Assembly (NCBI GenBank): GCA_045863855.1 | Contig: BTVV01000036.1 | Coordinates: 1 to 53,536, forward strand | Origin: Planctomycetota bacterium | Lineage (GTDB): Bacteria; Planctomycetota; SZUA-567; H5-PLA8 | Direction: 5' to 3' | DNA: 53,536 nucleotides | In this document: positions 37,999 through 48,325 of the stretch, piece by piece | How positions within the stretch are numbered: the stretch's first letter is position 1 | Layout: each line of letters begins with the position of its first letter | Notes under the pieces: generated by a model | The model's database searches: none | What the model was told of the DNA's origin: nothing | Seen by the model: the letters and a program-made list of their open reading frames with translations, nothing else | Translations under genes and position numbers: made by a program

Positions 37999-39669
37999 AT
38001 GCCTCCCCAGTACGTCTACACCATGGAGCGCGTTTCCAAGACCTACGAGAAGCGCGAGATCCTTAAAGATATCACGCTCTCGTTCTACCCCGGCGCGAAG
38101 ATCGGCGTGCTGGGCGGGAACGGCGCGGGCAAATCGACTCTGCTGCGCATTATGGCCGGGGAAGACAAAGACTTCATCGGCGACGCCAAGCCCGCCCGCG
38201 GCATGCGCATCGGCCACGTGCCGCAGGAACCGATCCTCGATCCCTCCAAGAACGTGCTGGAAAACGTCGAAGTCGCCGTCGAACACGTGAAGCAGATGCT
38301 CAAGCGCTTCGACGAAGTGAACGAAGCTCTGGGCTCCGAAGCCGATACGGACAAGATGGAGAAGCTCCTGGCCGAACAGGCCGAGATTCAGGAAAAGATC
38401 GACGCGTGTAACGGCTGGGAACTGGACCGCCAGCTTGAGATCGCAATGGATGCGCTGCGCCTGCCGCCGCCCGATGCGGACGTGACTAAGCTCTCCGGAG
38501 GCGAACGCCGCCGCGTCAAACTCTGCCAGGTGCTGATGCAGGTTCCCGACATCCTGCTGCTCGACGAACCGACTAACCACCTTGATGCCGAATCGGTGGC
38601 GTGGCTGGAGCGGCACCTGCACGAGTTCAAGGGCATGGTGGTGGCCGTCACGCACGACCGCTACTTCCTGGACAACGTGGCCGAATGGATCCTCGAACTG
38701 GACCGCGGCCGCGGCATCCCGTGGAAGGGCAACTACTCGTCCTGGCTGGAACAGAAGCAGAAACGTCTCGCCTCGGAAGAGAAACAGCGCAACGCGTTCC
38801 AGAAAAAGCTGGAGCACGAATTGGAGTGGATTCGCATGTCGCCCAAGGGGCGCCTGGCGAAAAACAAGGCGCGCATCGCCGCGTACGAAGAGATGGCCGC
38901 GCGCGAGTTCGAGATGCGCGACGAAGACATCGACTTGCAGATCCCTCCGGGGCCGCACTTGGGCCACCGCGTCCTGGAAGTCAAGAACCTCAGCAAGGCC
39001 TTCGGCGATACGGTCCTGATCGAGAACCTCACCTTCGAGTTGCCGCGCGGCGGAATCGTCGGCGTGATCGGTCCCAACGGCGCGGGCAAGACGACGCTCT
39101 TCCGCATGATCCTCGGCCACGAGCAACCCGACTCGGGCGAATTGAAGCTCGGCGAAAGCGTCGTACCCAGCTACGTCGACCAGAACCGCGAGACGCTGAA
39201 CGCGGACAAGACCGTTTTCGAGGAAGTCGGCGGCGGGCTGGACTTCCTGGAATTCGGCAAGTTCCGGCTCCATACGCGCGCGTACCTGAACCGCTTCAAC
39301 TTCAAAGGCGGCGACCAGCAAAAGCGCGTGGGCGATCTCTCCGGCGGCGAACGCAACCGATTGCAGCTCGCGAAGCTCCTGCGCAAAGGCGGAAACCTGC
39401 TGCTGCTGGACGAACCGACCAACGACCTGGACGTCGATACGCTGCGCGTGCTGGAAGACGCGCTCGAGAATTTCCCCGGCTGCGTGGTGGTGATCAGCCA
39501 CGACCGCTGGTTCCTGGACCGCCTGGCGACGCACATTCTTTCTTTCGAAGGCGAAGGTAAGGTACGCTGGTTCGAAGGTAACTTCCAGGCTTACGAAGAA
39601 CGCCGGCGCGAGGAGTTGGGCGACGCTTACCAGCCGCATCGGATCAAGTATAAGAAGCTGACGACCTGA
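37999..39669 (+). CDS. ettA: ABC-F translational throttle EttA
   Basis: [17 protein letters not shown], two Walker A/LSGGE/DEPTN sets, [10 protein letters not shown]-terminus. Confidence 0.96.
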   Translation: MPPQYVYTMERVSKTYEKREILKDITLSFYPGAKIGVLGGNGAGKSTLLRIMAGEDKDFIGDAKPARGMRIGHVPQEPILDPSKNVLENVEVAVEHVKQMLKRFDEVNEALGSEADTDKMEKLLAEQAEIQEKIDACNGWELDRQLEIAMDALRLPPPDADVTKLSGGERRRVKLCQVLMQVPDILLLDEPTNHLDAESVAWLERHLHEFKGMVVAVTHDRYFLDNVAEWILELDRGRGIPWKGNYSSWLEQKQKRLASEEKQRNAFQKKLEHELEWIRMSPKGRLAKNKARIAAYEEMAAREFEMRDEDIDLQIPPGPHLGHRVLEVKNLSKAFGDTVLIENLTFELPRGGIVGVIGPNGAGKTTLFRMILGHEQPDSGELKLGESVVPSYVDQNRETLNADKTVFEEVGGGLDFLEFGKFRLHTRAYLNRFNFKGGDQQKRVGDLSGGERNRLQLAKLLRKGGNLLLLDEPTNDLDVDTLRVLEDALENFPGCVVVISHDRWFLDRLATHILSFEGEGKVRWFEGNFQAYEERRREELGDAYQPHRIKYKKLTT

Positions 39670-39705
39670 TCTATCCGATTCGCTGGCCCCGGAGCTTCGC
39701 GACCC

Positions 39706-40611
39706 ATGCAACGCGTCCCCTATGCCACCTGGAAGAATTGCATCCGGCTTTCGAACCCCGAGATGGAACTGCTGATCACCGCAGACGTCGGTCCGCGCGT
39801 GATCCGTTGCGGGTTCATCGACGGCCCCAACGAATTCTGGGAGTGCAAACCGCAGTTGGGCAAGACCGGCGGCCCGGAATGGCGTATCTACGGCGGGCAC
39901 CGGCTCTGGCACGCGCCCGAACATATGCCGCGTTCGTATGCGCCCGATAACGAACCCGTGCAGATCGAAACGCTCCCCGACGGCGCGGTACGCTTCACAC
40001 CCGCGGTGGAGCCCGACACCAAGATCGCCAAGTCGCTGGAGCTGCGCCTGGACCCGCGCTCCAACCGCGTGACCGCCACGCACCGCCTGCGCAACGAAGG
40101 GCTTTGGCCCATCGAGCTCGCACCGTGGGCGTTGAGCGTCATGGCGCCGGGCGGCACGTGCATCTTGCCGCTTCCACCGCGCGGACCGCACCCCGATTTC
40201 CTGCTGCCCGCCAGCACGTTAACGCTCTGGAAGTACACCGATTTGGCCGACCCGCGCTACACCTTCGGCACCAAGTACGTCCTGCTGCGCCAGGATCCCG
40301 AGCGCGCGGCGCCGCAGAAGATCGGCGCGTACAACCCGGTGGGCTGGATCGCGTACGCCAACCACGGAAACCTGTTCGTGAAGCGCTTCGAGTTCGTCGA
40401 AGGCGCCGCATACCCGGATCTGGGCGCTAACGTCGAAGCCTTCGCTTGCGACGCAATGCTGGAAGTGGAGACGCTCGGACCACTCGTGAAACTCGAACAC
40501 GGCCAGACGGTGGAGTACGTCGAGCGCTGGGAATTGCATCGCGGCGTAGACACGCCGAAGAACGACGCCGAAGTCGATGCGCGGGTGCTGCCGCGGCTGC
40601 AAGGCGTTTAG
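39706..40611 (+). CDS. DUF4380-like galactose mutarotase-fold protein
   Basis: DVGPRVI, YGGHRLWHAPE, YPDLG, LEVETLGP. Confidence 0.75.
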   Translation: MQRVPYATWKNCIRLSNPEMELLITADVGPRVIRCGFIDGPNEFWECKPQLGKTGGPEWRIYGGHRLWHAPEHMPRSYAPDNEPVQIETLPDGAVRFTPAVEPDTKIAKSLELRLDPRSNRVTATHRLRNEGLWPIELAPWALSVMAPGGTCILPLPPRGPHPDFLLPASTLTLWKYTDLADPRYTFGTKYVLLRQDPERAAPQKIGAYNPVGWIAYANHGNLFVKRFEFVEGAAYPDLGANVEAFACDAMLEVETLGPLVKLEHGQTVEYVERWELHRGVDTPKNDAEVDARVLPRLQGV

Positions 40612-40623
40612 CACCGCTCGGGA

Positions 40624-41700
40624 TTACTCTTCTTCTTCAATCGCGGGCGATTTGGCTTCGGCGACAGCAGGCTTCTTGGTTTTCCCCGCATCCAACGGAC
40701 CGGCCACCGGTTTCGGCGCGGCCGCTGCGGCTTCCGCGACCACCAATTCCAGAGTACCCGAACCGGTTTGCCGCGCCGCATCGGCGATCGAAAGCTGAAT
40801 CGTGTAACGCCCCGTCTTGGCGGGCGTGCCTTTCAGCTCGCCGTTCTCGGCGAGTTCCATACCTTCCGGCAACGGGTTGCGCGCCTTGAAGGTGTAGGGC
40901 GCCATGCCGCCCTTCGCGCGGATATCGGCCTTGTACGGCTGGCCGATACGCGCCTGGTTCAGGGCCGGCGTGTTTAACTCGACCCGCATGCGTACCGGTT
41001 GACCAAACGGCTTGAGCGCGCCGGGCTTGAGAGCGTTCGGATCGCCTTGCGGCGGCTGAGCCCAATGCAGCACCAGCTTGGGGCGCGCGCCGTCGGTATC
41101 GGCTTCGCGGCTGTGCGGGCGAAACGTCGTCGCGCTATCGTTGTCCACGTTCATCACGATCAGCCCGCAATTGGGTACGCGGTCGGTCTGCCAGAGTTGC
41201 ACCAGCGGCGTGACATCGATTTCTAGTGTCAAGGCGCCGCTCTCGCCGGTGTGCGAATCGAGCACATACGAACCGCCTATGGCCTGCGGATCGAAATCGC
41301 CGCCCGGGTTGGACCATCCGTCGCCGGGCATGGAGTCCGTCCAGCTCGCGCTGACTTCTTCCCAAGGCCGCAGCATGCGATGCACGCGCAGGATATCGGC
41401 GCGTACTTTTCGGGCGGCGTAGCACTTGTAGATGGTGAACTTAAGCAGCGCCGCGCGCACCGGAACCTTGGGCACGCCCGTCAGATCGAACTTCAGCAGC
41501 GCGCGATAGTCGGGATTCCCGTGCTTGGGACCGTAGATCATCAGGTCCTTCGCTTTACCCGTCCAAGCGGCAGGCGCACCCTTTTGGCCGGGGTTGATCA
41601 CGGTGTCCGCCACGGCCGTAAGCGGCAGGGGATCCTCGCCGGCATGCGCGCACGCCCAGGCGGTAAGAGCCCATACGACTGCGACACGTAAAGAGTTCAT
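40624..41700 (-). CDS. Secreted DNRLRE-domain protein with C-terminal Ig-like domain
   Basis: ADT, RALLKFDL, IDVTPLVQLW, RPKLVL; GGMAPYTF...LPEGMEL...GTP. Confidence 0.8.
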   Translation of the reverse strand: MNSLRVAVVWALTAWACAHAGEDPLPLTAVADTVINPGQKGAPAAWTGKAKDLMIYGPKHGNPDYRALLKFDLTGVPKVPVRAALLKFTIYKCYAARKVRADILRVHRMLRPWEEVSASWTDSMPGDGWSNPGGDFDPQAIGGSYVLDSHTGESGALTLEIDVTPLVQLWQTDRVPNCGLIVMNVDNDSATTFRPHSREADTDGARPKLVLHWAQPPQGDPNALKPGALKPFGQPVRMRVELNTPALNQARIGQPYKADIRAKGGMAPYTFKARNPLPEGMELAENGELKGTPAKTGRYTIQLSIADAARQTGSGTLELVVAEAAAAAPKPVAGPLDAGKTKKPAVAEAKSPAIEEEE

Positions 41701-41872
41701 CGGCCGACCTCCCGATCAAGCGCGCCGCGCATGATACCTTGAGGAGACCCGGTGACACGAATTTCCTTCGAAAAAGGTGCTTTCAATAGACCTTCATTCG
41801 GCATTCGAAACGAAGCTTTGGAACCGGAGATTCGCTATACGCGCAGGTATCCTGTCTATACCTGTCCGGCGT

Positions 41873-42763
41873 CTAGACGCCGAAGTATTCCTTGCGCTTG
41901 CGCTTAAGAAATTCAACGCTTGCGCGCATCTCGTCCATCCCGTTCATACCGTCTTCGATGCTGATCCATCCGGCAAAGCGAACTTCCTTCAGGCGTTGGA
42001 AAATTGCGTCGTAGTCGTTCATGCCCTGTCCGGTGACGCCGTGCTTCAAGAGCGGGCTGTAGCCTTGCTTGCCGAGATCTTTCATCAGATCTTCGACGCT
42101 GGCGCCGGCCTCCAGGTAGCGGTCGGACGCGTGCATGCTCACCACGCGGTCTTTGACTCGGTCGAGCAGCTTTACCGGATCCTCGCCGGCCACGACGCTG
42201 TTGCTGGGGTCGAATTGAACGCCAAAATTCGGATGATGAAGCTTGCCCACGATCTCGCAAAAGACTTCGGTGAGCTGCGCGAATTCGGGATACTGCCAGT
42301 ACCCATCCTTATAGTGATTCTCCATGCATAGCGTCACGCCGCGCTTCTCGGCGTGCGGCAGACACGCTTCGATGCACGCGACGACCCAGTTCACACCGTC
42401 CGCGTGCTTCAGTTCGGGCCGGCGCTGGCCGCTCAGCGTGCGGCAGAACTTCCCGCCCAGTTCGGCGGTCAAGTCAATGGCGGTCTTCTGCTTCTCGATC
42501 TGCGCGGCGCGCTGCGCGGGATCGGGGATGGTGAAGTCAGGGCTGAAGCACATCAAGCTCACCGCTTGGCCCGTGCGCTCAACGGCTTTCCGGACGCGCG
42601 CGAGGTAATCGGATGCGTGGCTTTCCAGAAACCTATCGTACAGTTCGCATCCTTCCGCGCCCAAGGTGGCCGACTCTTCGATCCACTCGAAGAGATCCTT
42701 CTCGCGAGAGACGATCTTTTCGAGCCAGCATTTGGGAAAGGTGCTGATCTTCGGGCCGGTCAT
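41873..42763 (-). CDS. Sugar phosphate isomerase/epimerase (xylose isomerase-like TIM barrel)
   Basis: MENH, FDPSN, MHASD, ISIEDG. Confidence 0.85.
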   Translation of the reverse strand: MTGPKISTFPKCWLEKIVSREKDLFEWIEESATLGAEGCELYDRFLESHASDYLARVRKAVERTGQAVSLMCFSPDFTIPDPAQRAAQIEKQKTAIDLTAELGGKFCRTLSGQRRPELKHADGVNWVVACIEACLPHAEKRGVTLCMENHYKDGYWQYPEFAQLTEVFCEIVGKLHHPNFGVQFDPSNSVVAGEDPVKLLDRVKDRVVSMHASDRYLEAGASVEDLMKDLGKQGYSPLLKHGVTGQGMNDYDAIFQRLKEVRFAGWISIEDGMNGMDEMRASVEFLKRKRKEYFGV

Positions 42764-42964
42764 TTCCATGCTCCAGATAAATTTCCTGTACTCCGCTTTC
42801 GCCGAGTGCACCAGGATCTCCGGTCACGCCATCAGACCCGAGCCTGCCAGCCGGTCAAGTCAACACAAGTCCTGGTAGCTTCGCAATGCTCGCTTATCCT
42901 TACGTCTCTGCCGCAGTTACTTTATGGGTCGAGCAAGGAAGTTCCCAAGGTGCATGAAGCGAGA

Positions 42965-42986
42965 TCGATCACGCACAGGTGATCGA
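42965..42986. promoter_or_regulatory. Palindromic operator candidate
   Basis: TCGATCAC-N6-GTGATCGA, ending 5 nt upstream of the -35. Confidence 0.5.
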
Positions 42987-42991
42987 AATGC

Positions 42992-43020
42992 TTGACACTG
43001 CCTAGGCTTGGCCCTATAAG
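42992..43020 (+). promoter_or_regulatory. Sigma70-type promoter of the rpmF-fab operon
   Basis: TTGACA, 17 nt, TATAAG. Confidence 0.72.
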
Positions 43021-43041
43021 CGGTTGCTTCGTGAATTAGGC

Positions 43042-43072
43042 GGCGGCCCAAAGCGGGCCGCCCTTTTGTTTT
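43042..43072 (+). terminator. Terminator-like hairpin in the rpmF leader
   Basis: GGCGGCCC-AAAGC-GGGCCGCC followed by CTTTTGTTTT. Confidence 0.55.
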
Positions 43073-43120
43073 AGCCGAATACGAGCCGCTGTACCGGGCT
43101 CGGCCGGATGGAAGTGGAAC

Positions 43121-43321
43121 ATGGCCAATCCAAAACGCAAACACTCGCACGCACGGTCGCACATTCGCCGGGCACACGATTTCTTGAGCTCTCCGCATCC
43201 GGGGACGTGCCCGAAGTGCGGCTCGTCCAAGCAGGCGCACACGATCTGCGGATATTGCGGCTACTACCGTGGCGTGACGGTGGTCCAGATGGAACCCGAG
43301 CAGGAACCGGAAAAAGCGTAG
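43121..43321 (+). CDS. rpmF: 50S ribosomal protein L32 (four-Cys form)
   Basis: MANPKRKHS, RRAH, CPKC, CGYCGYYRG. Confidence 0.96.
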   Translation: MANPKRKHSHARSHIRRAHDFLSSPHPGTCPKCGSSKQAHTICGYCGYYRGVTVVQMEPEQEPEKA

Positions 43322-43394
43322 CTCGGCACTCATCGGAGGAGCGGTTGTCGAATCGATGGCCGCCCTTGCCAACGGTTGAAGGAGCACCCGAGGC

Positions 43395-44402
43395 ATGGCC
43401 CACGACGTCACAGCCGCGATTCTGGGTTTGGGCAGTTTTGTCCCCGCCAAGATTCTCAGCAATTCCGATTTCGAAAAGTCGCTGGATACGTCCGACGAGT
43501 GGATCACCTCGCGGACCGGGATCAAGCGCCGCCACATCGCCACGGCCGAACAATCCACCAGCGATCTGTGCCTGCCGGCGGCTCAAGCGGCGCTGGCGGA
43601 CGCGGGCATGCACGCCGAGACGATCGACCTGATCCTCGTCTGCACGCTCACCCCCGATTACCAGATGCCCTCCACGGCTTGCGTCCTGCAGCACAAACTG
43701 GGATTGTCCGGACGCGGCGTGGCGGCGGTGGATCTGAATGCCGCGTGCTCGGGATTCCTGTACGGGCTGGCTTCGGCCAAGGCGTACGTCGAATCGTGCA
43801 TGGCTCAGAATGTTTTGGTCATCGGCGTCGAGATCCTCAGCCGCGTGCTCGATTACACCGACCGCAGCACCTGCATCCTGTTCGGCGACGGCGCGGGGGC
43901 CGCGGTGGTCGGGAGGCACCGTCCGAACGACCCCAAGAGCCACGCGCTGCGCGAGGTCAAAATCTTCGCCGATGGCACGGACCACCAGCACATCATCATC
44001 AAGGCCGGCGGAACGGTCCATCCGACCACGGCGCGGACGATCGACGAGAAGATGCATTACGTCCAAGTGGCCGGGCGCGAAGTTTTCCGCTTCGCGGTCA
44101 CGAAGATGGTCGAGATGATCCAGGGCACCGTCGAACGCCACGGTTTGACGATCGATCAGGTCGGGCGCATCGTCCCACACCAAGCCAACTACCGGATTCT
44201 CGAGTCGGCCTGCGAGCGGCTTTCGATTCCGCCCGAGAAGTTCGTCGTTAACCTCGAGGAATACGGCAACACCTCGGCTGCGTCGGTGCCCTTGGCGCTC
44301 GACGAGGCCTACCGTGGCGGGCAGCTGGAGCCCGGCAAGAAGGTGATCCTGGCCGCGTTCGGCGCGGGCTTGACGTGGGCGAGCGCGCTGATCGACTGGT
44401 AG
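43395..44402 (+). CDS. fabH: 3-oxoacyl-ACP synthase III
   Basis: DTSDEWI, AACSGF, FGDGAGA, PHQAN, GNTSAAS. Confidence 0.96.
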   Translation: MAHDVTAAILGLGSFVPAKILSNSDFEKSLDTSDEWITSRTGIKRRHIATAEQSTSDLCLPAAQAALADAGMHAETIDLILVCTLTPDYQMPSTACVLQHKLGLSGRGVAAVDLNAACSGFLYGLASAKAYVESCMAQNVLVIGVEILSRVLDYTDRSTCILFGDGAGAAVVGRHRPNDPKSHALREVKIFADGTDHQHIIIKAGGTVHPTTARTIDEKMHYVQVAGREVFRFAVTKMVEMIQGTVERHGLTIDQVGRIVPHQANYRILESACERLSIPPEKFVVNLEEYGNTSAASVPLALDEAYRGGQLEPGKKVILAAFGAGLTWASALIDW

Positions 44403-44521
44403 TAATTATTTGGTTTGAACGCCGCGGCAAACTGAGGTGAGTGCGGCGCACGAAGTTCCGGCGCGCCCAAGTGCTCAGACTCCCGGCCACCTTTACTGTG
44501 CACGACCACGAAAGGCTTCCG

Positions 44522-45460
44522 ATGTCCGCATCCCCCGTACTCGTGTTTCCCGGCCAAGGCGCCCAGGCGGTGGGCATGGGTAAGGATCTGGCCGATCGCT
44601 ACGCCGAAGTCCGGGCGCTATTCGTGCGGGCAGATGAAGTGCTCGGTATTCCGCTGACGAAGATCGTCTTCGAAGGCCCCGAAGAAGCGCTGGTCGATAC
44701 GGCGGTGCAGCAGCCGGCGCTGGTGCTGGTAAGCCTCGCGGCGCTGAAGGCGCTGGAACTTAAAGCGGGCCGGCCCGTGACGGCCGCGGCCGCGGCGGGC
44801 CTTTCGCTGGGCGAGTACAGCGCACTGGCGGCGGTCGGAGCGCTGCCCTTCGACGACGCGCTGAAGCTGGTGCGGCGGCGCGGCGAGCTGATGAAAGAAG
44901 CCAGCGCCCGTACGCCCAGCAGCATGGCGGTGATTCTGAAGCTCGACGAAGCCGCCGTGCGCGTGGCGTGCGAGCAGGCCGCGCGGGAAACGAATCAGAT
45001 CGTGAGCCCCTGCAACTTCAACGGCGGCGGCCAGATCGTAATCGGCGGCCAACTCGAAGCGCTCCAGCGCGCCGGCGAACTGTGCAAAGAAGCCAAGGGG
45101 CGCGCGATGCCGCTGAAGGTGGCCGGCGCGTTCCACACGGCGCTGATGCAGCCGGCCGCCGACGGCCTCAAGGCGGCGCTCGACGCCGCGCCGATCCGGC
45201 GCGCGCAGGCGCCCGTGTACGCCAACGCGCTGGCTCGGCCTGTTCAGGAACCTGGCGAGATTCGTGCCGCGCTGCAGAAGCAGCTCACGAGTCCGGTGCT
45301 ATGGGAGCAGAGCGTGCTCGCCATGGGCGCCGCGGGGCTGACGACTTTCCTGGAACTCGGCGCGGGTAAGACCGTCGGGAATATGATCCGTAAGATCGCA
45401 CCTGACGCTCAGGTCGCGAACCTCGGTACGGCCGCCGAATTGGACGCGTATCCCACATAA
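44522..45460 (+). CDS. fabD: Malonyl-CoA:ACP transacylase
   Basis: FPGQGAQ, GLSLGEY, GAFHT. Confidence 0.95.
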   Translation: MSASPVLVFPGQGAQAVGMGKDLADRYAEVRALFVRADEVLGIPLTKIVFEGPEEALVDTAVQQPALVLVSLAALKALELKAGRPVTAAAAAGLSLGEYSALAAVGALPFDDALKLVRRRGELMKEASARTPSSMAVILKLDEAAVRVACEQAARETNQIVSPCNFNGGGQIVIGGQLEALQRAGELCKEAKGRAMPLKVAGAFHTALMQPAADGLKAALDAAPIRRAQAPVYANALARPVQEPGEIRAALQKQLTSPVLWEQSVLAMGAAGLTTFLELGAGKTVGNMIRKIAPDAQVANLGTAAELDAYPT

Positions 45461-45471
45461 GGAAGGCTCGC

Positions 45472-45705
45472 ATGGGCATCACGAAGATTCTGGGCGTAGC
45501 GCTGCTGGTTGGCTCGGGCGTTTTGGGCTACATCGCGTACGACAAGTACCAGGAACACAACCGTGGCGCGGAGGCGGTGAACAAGTCCGTCCTGGGCGAT
45601 ATGGGCCTGCAGGTCAAGAAGGAGGTCCCCAAGGAGACTTGGTACTTCGGGGCGGGCGGGGCCGTCTGCCTGGTCTTGGGATTGGGGGCGATGCTGAAGA
45701 AGTAG
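45472..45705 (+). CDS. Small two-TM protein (DUF3185-like)
   Basis: AAGGAAGG RBS; two hydrophobic helices. Confidence 0.75.
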   Translation: MGITKILGVALLVGSGVLGYIAYDKYQEHNRGAEAVNKSVLGDMGLQVKKEVPKETWYFGAGGAVCLVLGLGAMLKK

Positions 45706-45756
45706 GCCTCAGCGCACCTCGTGCCTACCTTATAAAACCTTCCCGTCCGTCCTCGC

Positions 45757-45784
45757 TTGCCTCTGCTCATGTGCTCGTTATCAT
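45757..45784 (+). promoter_or_regulatory. Possible internal promoter for fabG-acpP-fabF
   Basis: TTGCCT, 16 nt, TATCAT. Confidence 0.4.
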
Positions 45785-45820
45785 GTTTCGGCTACGCTGA
45801 GGTCAAGGAACGGGACGCGC

Positions 45821-46561
45821 ATGAAGCTCGACGGGAAAGTTGCCCTCGTGACGGGCGGTGCTCGAGGGATTGGGAAAGCCATTGCCCAAAGCCTGCACGC
45901 GTCCGGCGCAAAGGTGGCGCTGTGGGGCCGTAACGTCGAAGCGCTGCAAAGCTTTGCGCGTGAACTGGATCCGTCGGGCGCGACGGCCAAAGGCTACGCG
46001 GTCGATGTGGGCGATTCGGAGCGGGTCGAGGCGGCGGTCGAGGAGGTCGTGAAGGACTTCGGCCAACTTGACGTCTTGGTCAACAACGCCGGGATCACCG
46101 AAGACGGACTGCTCATCCGGATGAAGGACGAGCAGTGGCGCAAGGTGCTGGATACGAACCTGACCGGCGCGTTTTTTCTTTTGCGCGCGGCGGGGAAGCG
46201 CATGCTCAAGGCGCGCGCGGGCAGCATCATCAATATCTCCAGCGTGGTCGGGTTGGTGGGCAATCCGGGGCAGGCGAACTACTGCGCCGCGAAGGCGGGG
46301 CTGCTGGGGCTGACGAAATCGGCGGCGAAGGAATTCGGTAGCCGGGGCGTGCGCGTCAACGCTGTGGCGCCCGGGCTGATCGAGACGGACATGACGGCGA
46401 AGCTGACCGAAGAACAAAAGCAGGCCTTGGTGGGCGGTTTGCCGCTGGGGCGGATCGGGCGTCCCGAGGATGTGGCGGGTGCGGTCTGTTTCTTGGCCGG
46501 CGACGAGTCGGCGTACGTGACGGGGCAGGTGCTGAGCGTGGACGGCGGGATGACGATGTAG
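45821..46561 (+). CDS. fabG: 3-oxoacyl-ACP reductase
   Basis: TGGARGIG, NNAG, YCAAK, VAPG. Confidence 0.96.
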   Translation: MKLDGKVALVTGGARGIGKAIAQSLHASGAKVALWGRNVEALQSFARELDPSGATAKGYAVDVGDSERVEAAVEEVVKDFGQLDVLVNNAGITEDGLLIRMKDEQWRKVLDTNLTGAFFLLRAAGKRMLKARAGSIINISSVVGLVGNPGQANYCAAKAGLLGLTKSAAKEFGSRGVRVNAVAPGLIETDMTAKLTEEQKQALVGGLPLGRIGRPEDVAGAVCFLAGDESAYVTGQVLSVDGGMTM

Positions 46562-46702
46562 TCCGTCCGACGGTTTTTAGACGTACCAGTCAAGCGCCGG
46601 CCCGAGCGGGCCGATGCGAAGAGACCGGTCTCCGCCGCACGAGGGGTCGTGGGGCGCGGGAACGGGCCGGTGAACCGAGAGCGTGGAGGACGGACAGAGG
46701 CC

Positions 46703-46951
46703 ATGGCCAGCGAAGAAATTCAGAAAAAGGTGTGCGACATCGTCTGCAAGCAGCTTGAAGTGGATGCTGCCAAGGTGTCGCTGGAGACCAAGTTCGCCGA
46801 GGACTTGGGCGCGGACAGCCTGGACCAGGCCGAACTGGTCATGGAAATCGAGGACGAGTTCGACATCAACATCGCCGAGGACGCCGAAGGCAAGATCAAG
46901 ACGGTGGGCGACTTGGTGACGTACATCGACGCACAGTTGAAGAGCAAGTAA
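46703..46951 (+). CDS. acpP: Acyl carrier protein
   Basis: DLGADSLD..ELVM.IEDEF. Confidence 0.96.
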   Translation: MASEEIQKKVCDIVCKQLEVDAAKVSLETKFAEDLGADSLDQAELVMEIEDEFDINIAEDAEGKIKTVGDLVTYIDAQLKSK

Positions 46952-47042
46952 GCGGGCCGAGTGCAAGGCCCAGCCGGCACCGGTCCGAGAATCCGGCGCC
47001 GCTTCGTCTTCGGACGGCTGGCACGATGAGGACGGCAGAAGC

Positions 47043-48293
47043 ATGGCAGGCAACCGCAGACGGGTCGTGGTGACCGGGATCGGCGCCGTTACGCCTTTGG
47101 GCGTGGGCGTCAAGGCGACGTGGGAGGCGCTGCTTCAAGGCCGAAGCGGTGTGGGCGAGATCACGCTCTACGACCACAGCAAACATTCCGTTCATATCGC
47201 CGGTGAAGTGAAGAACTGGGACGCCTCCCAGCACATGGACAAGCGCGAAGCGAAGCACTACGACCGCTTCACGCAGTTCGCCGTCTGCGCCGCGGCCGAA
47301 GCGATCGCCGACAGCAAGCTCGACCTGTCCAAAGAAGACGCGCGCCGCATCGGCGTGGTCATCGGCACCGGCATCGGCGGAATCACGACGATCGAAGAGC
47401 AGAAAGAACGGCTGATGGAGCGCGGCCCCGACCGCGTGACGCCGTTCCTGATCCCGATGCTGATGGGCAACGCGGCGAGCGCGCACGTTTCGATCCAGCA
47501 CAAGCTCAAGGGTCCGAATTTCTGCGTGGTCACGGCCTGCGCGGCCGGCGCGCAGTCGGTTGGCGAAGCGCTGCGCGTGATCCAGCGCGGCGAGGCCGAC
47601 GCGATGATCTGCGGCGGCAGCGAAGCGGCGATCACGCCCTTGGGCATGGCCGGCTTCGCGAACATGAAGGCGCTCTCCAAGCACAACGAAGAACCGCAGA
47701 AGGCAAGCCGCCCGTTCGACCTGAACCGCGACGGCTTCGTAATGGGCGAAGGCGCCGGCGTGATCGTGATCGAAGAACTCGACCGTGCCCTGAAGCGCGA
47801 CGCCAAGATCTACTGCGAACTGGTGGGCTACGGGCAGAGCGGCGACGGCCACCACATCACCGCGCCGTGCGCCGACGGCGACGGCGGCATCCGCGCGATG
47901 ACCGCGGCCCTGCACGACGCCGGCCTGCGCCCCGAAGACGTGGACTACATTAACGCGCACGGCACCTCGACGCCGTACAACGACAAGATCGAGACGCTGG
48001 CGATCAAGCAGGTCTTTGGCGGGCACGCACGCAAGCTGGCGGTGAACAGCACCAAGTCGATGACCGGGCATACGCTGGGCGCGGCGGGCGGCGTGGAAGC
48101 GGTCGTTTCGGTGCTCGCGGTGACCGAAGACAAGATTCACCCGACGATCAACCTCGAACATCCCGATCCCGAGTGCGACCTGGACTACGTGAAGGAAGGT
48201 TCGCGCGACCTGCGGGTGCGCGCGGCGCTCTCCAACTCGCTGGGCTTCGGCGGGCACAACGCGACGCTGGCCTTCGCCAAGCTGAAGCTGTAA
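47043..48293 (+). CDS. fabF: 3-oxoacyl-ACP synthase II
   Basis: RRVVVTG, TACA, SRPFD, NAHGTST, GH.LGAAG, GFGGHN. Confidence 0.97.
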   Translation: MAGNRRRVVVTGIGAVTPLGVGVKATWEALLQGRSGVGEITLYDHSKHSVHIAGEVKNWDASQHMDKREAKHYDRFTQFAVCAAAEAIADSKLDLSKEDARRIGVVIGTGIGGITTIEEQKERLMERGPDRVTPFLIPMLMGNAASAHVSIQHKLKGPNFCVVTACAAGAQSVGEALRVIQRGEADAMICGGSEAAITPLGMAGFANMKALSKHNEEPQKASRPFDLNRDGFVMGEGAGVIVIEELDRALKRDAKIYCELVGYGQSGDGHHITAPCADGDGGIRAMTAALHDAGLRPEDVDYINAHGTSTPYNDKIETLAIKQVFGGHARKLAVNSTKSMTGHTLGAAGGVEAVVSVLAVTEDKIHPTINLEHPDPECDLDYVKEGSRDLRVRAALSNSLGFGGHNATLAFAKLKL

Positions 48294-48325
48294 CGCCGCG
48301 CCCTGGCAGCCCGAACGGAGCGCCC

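Noticed and set aside
37672..40191. 839-aa minus-strand ORF
   Set aside because: Antisense shadow of ettA and its neighbours
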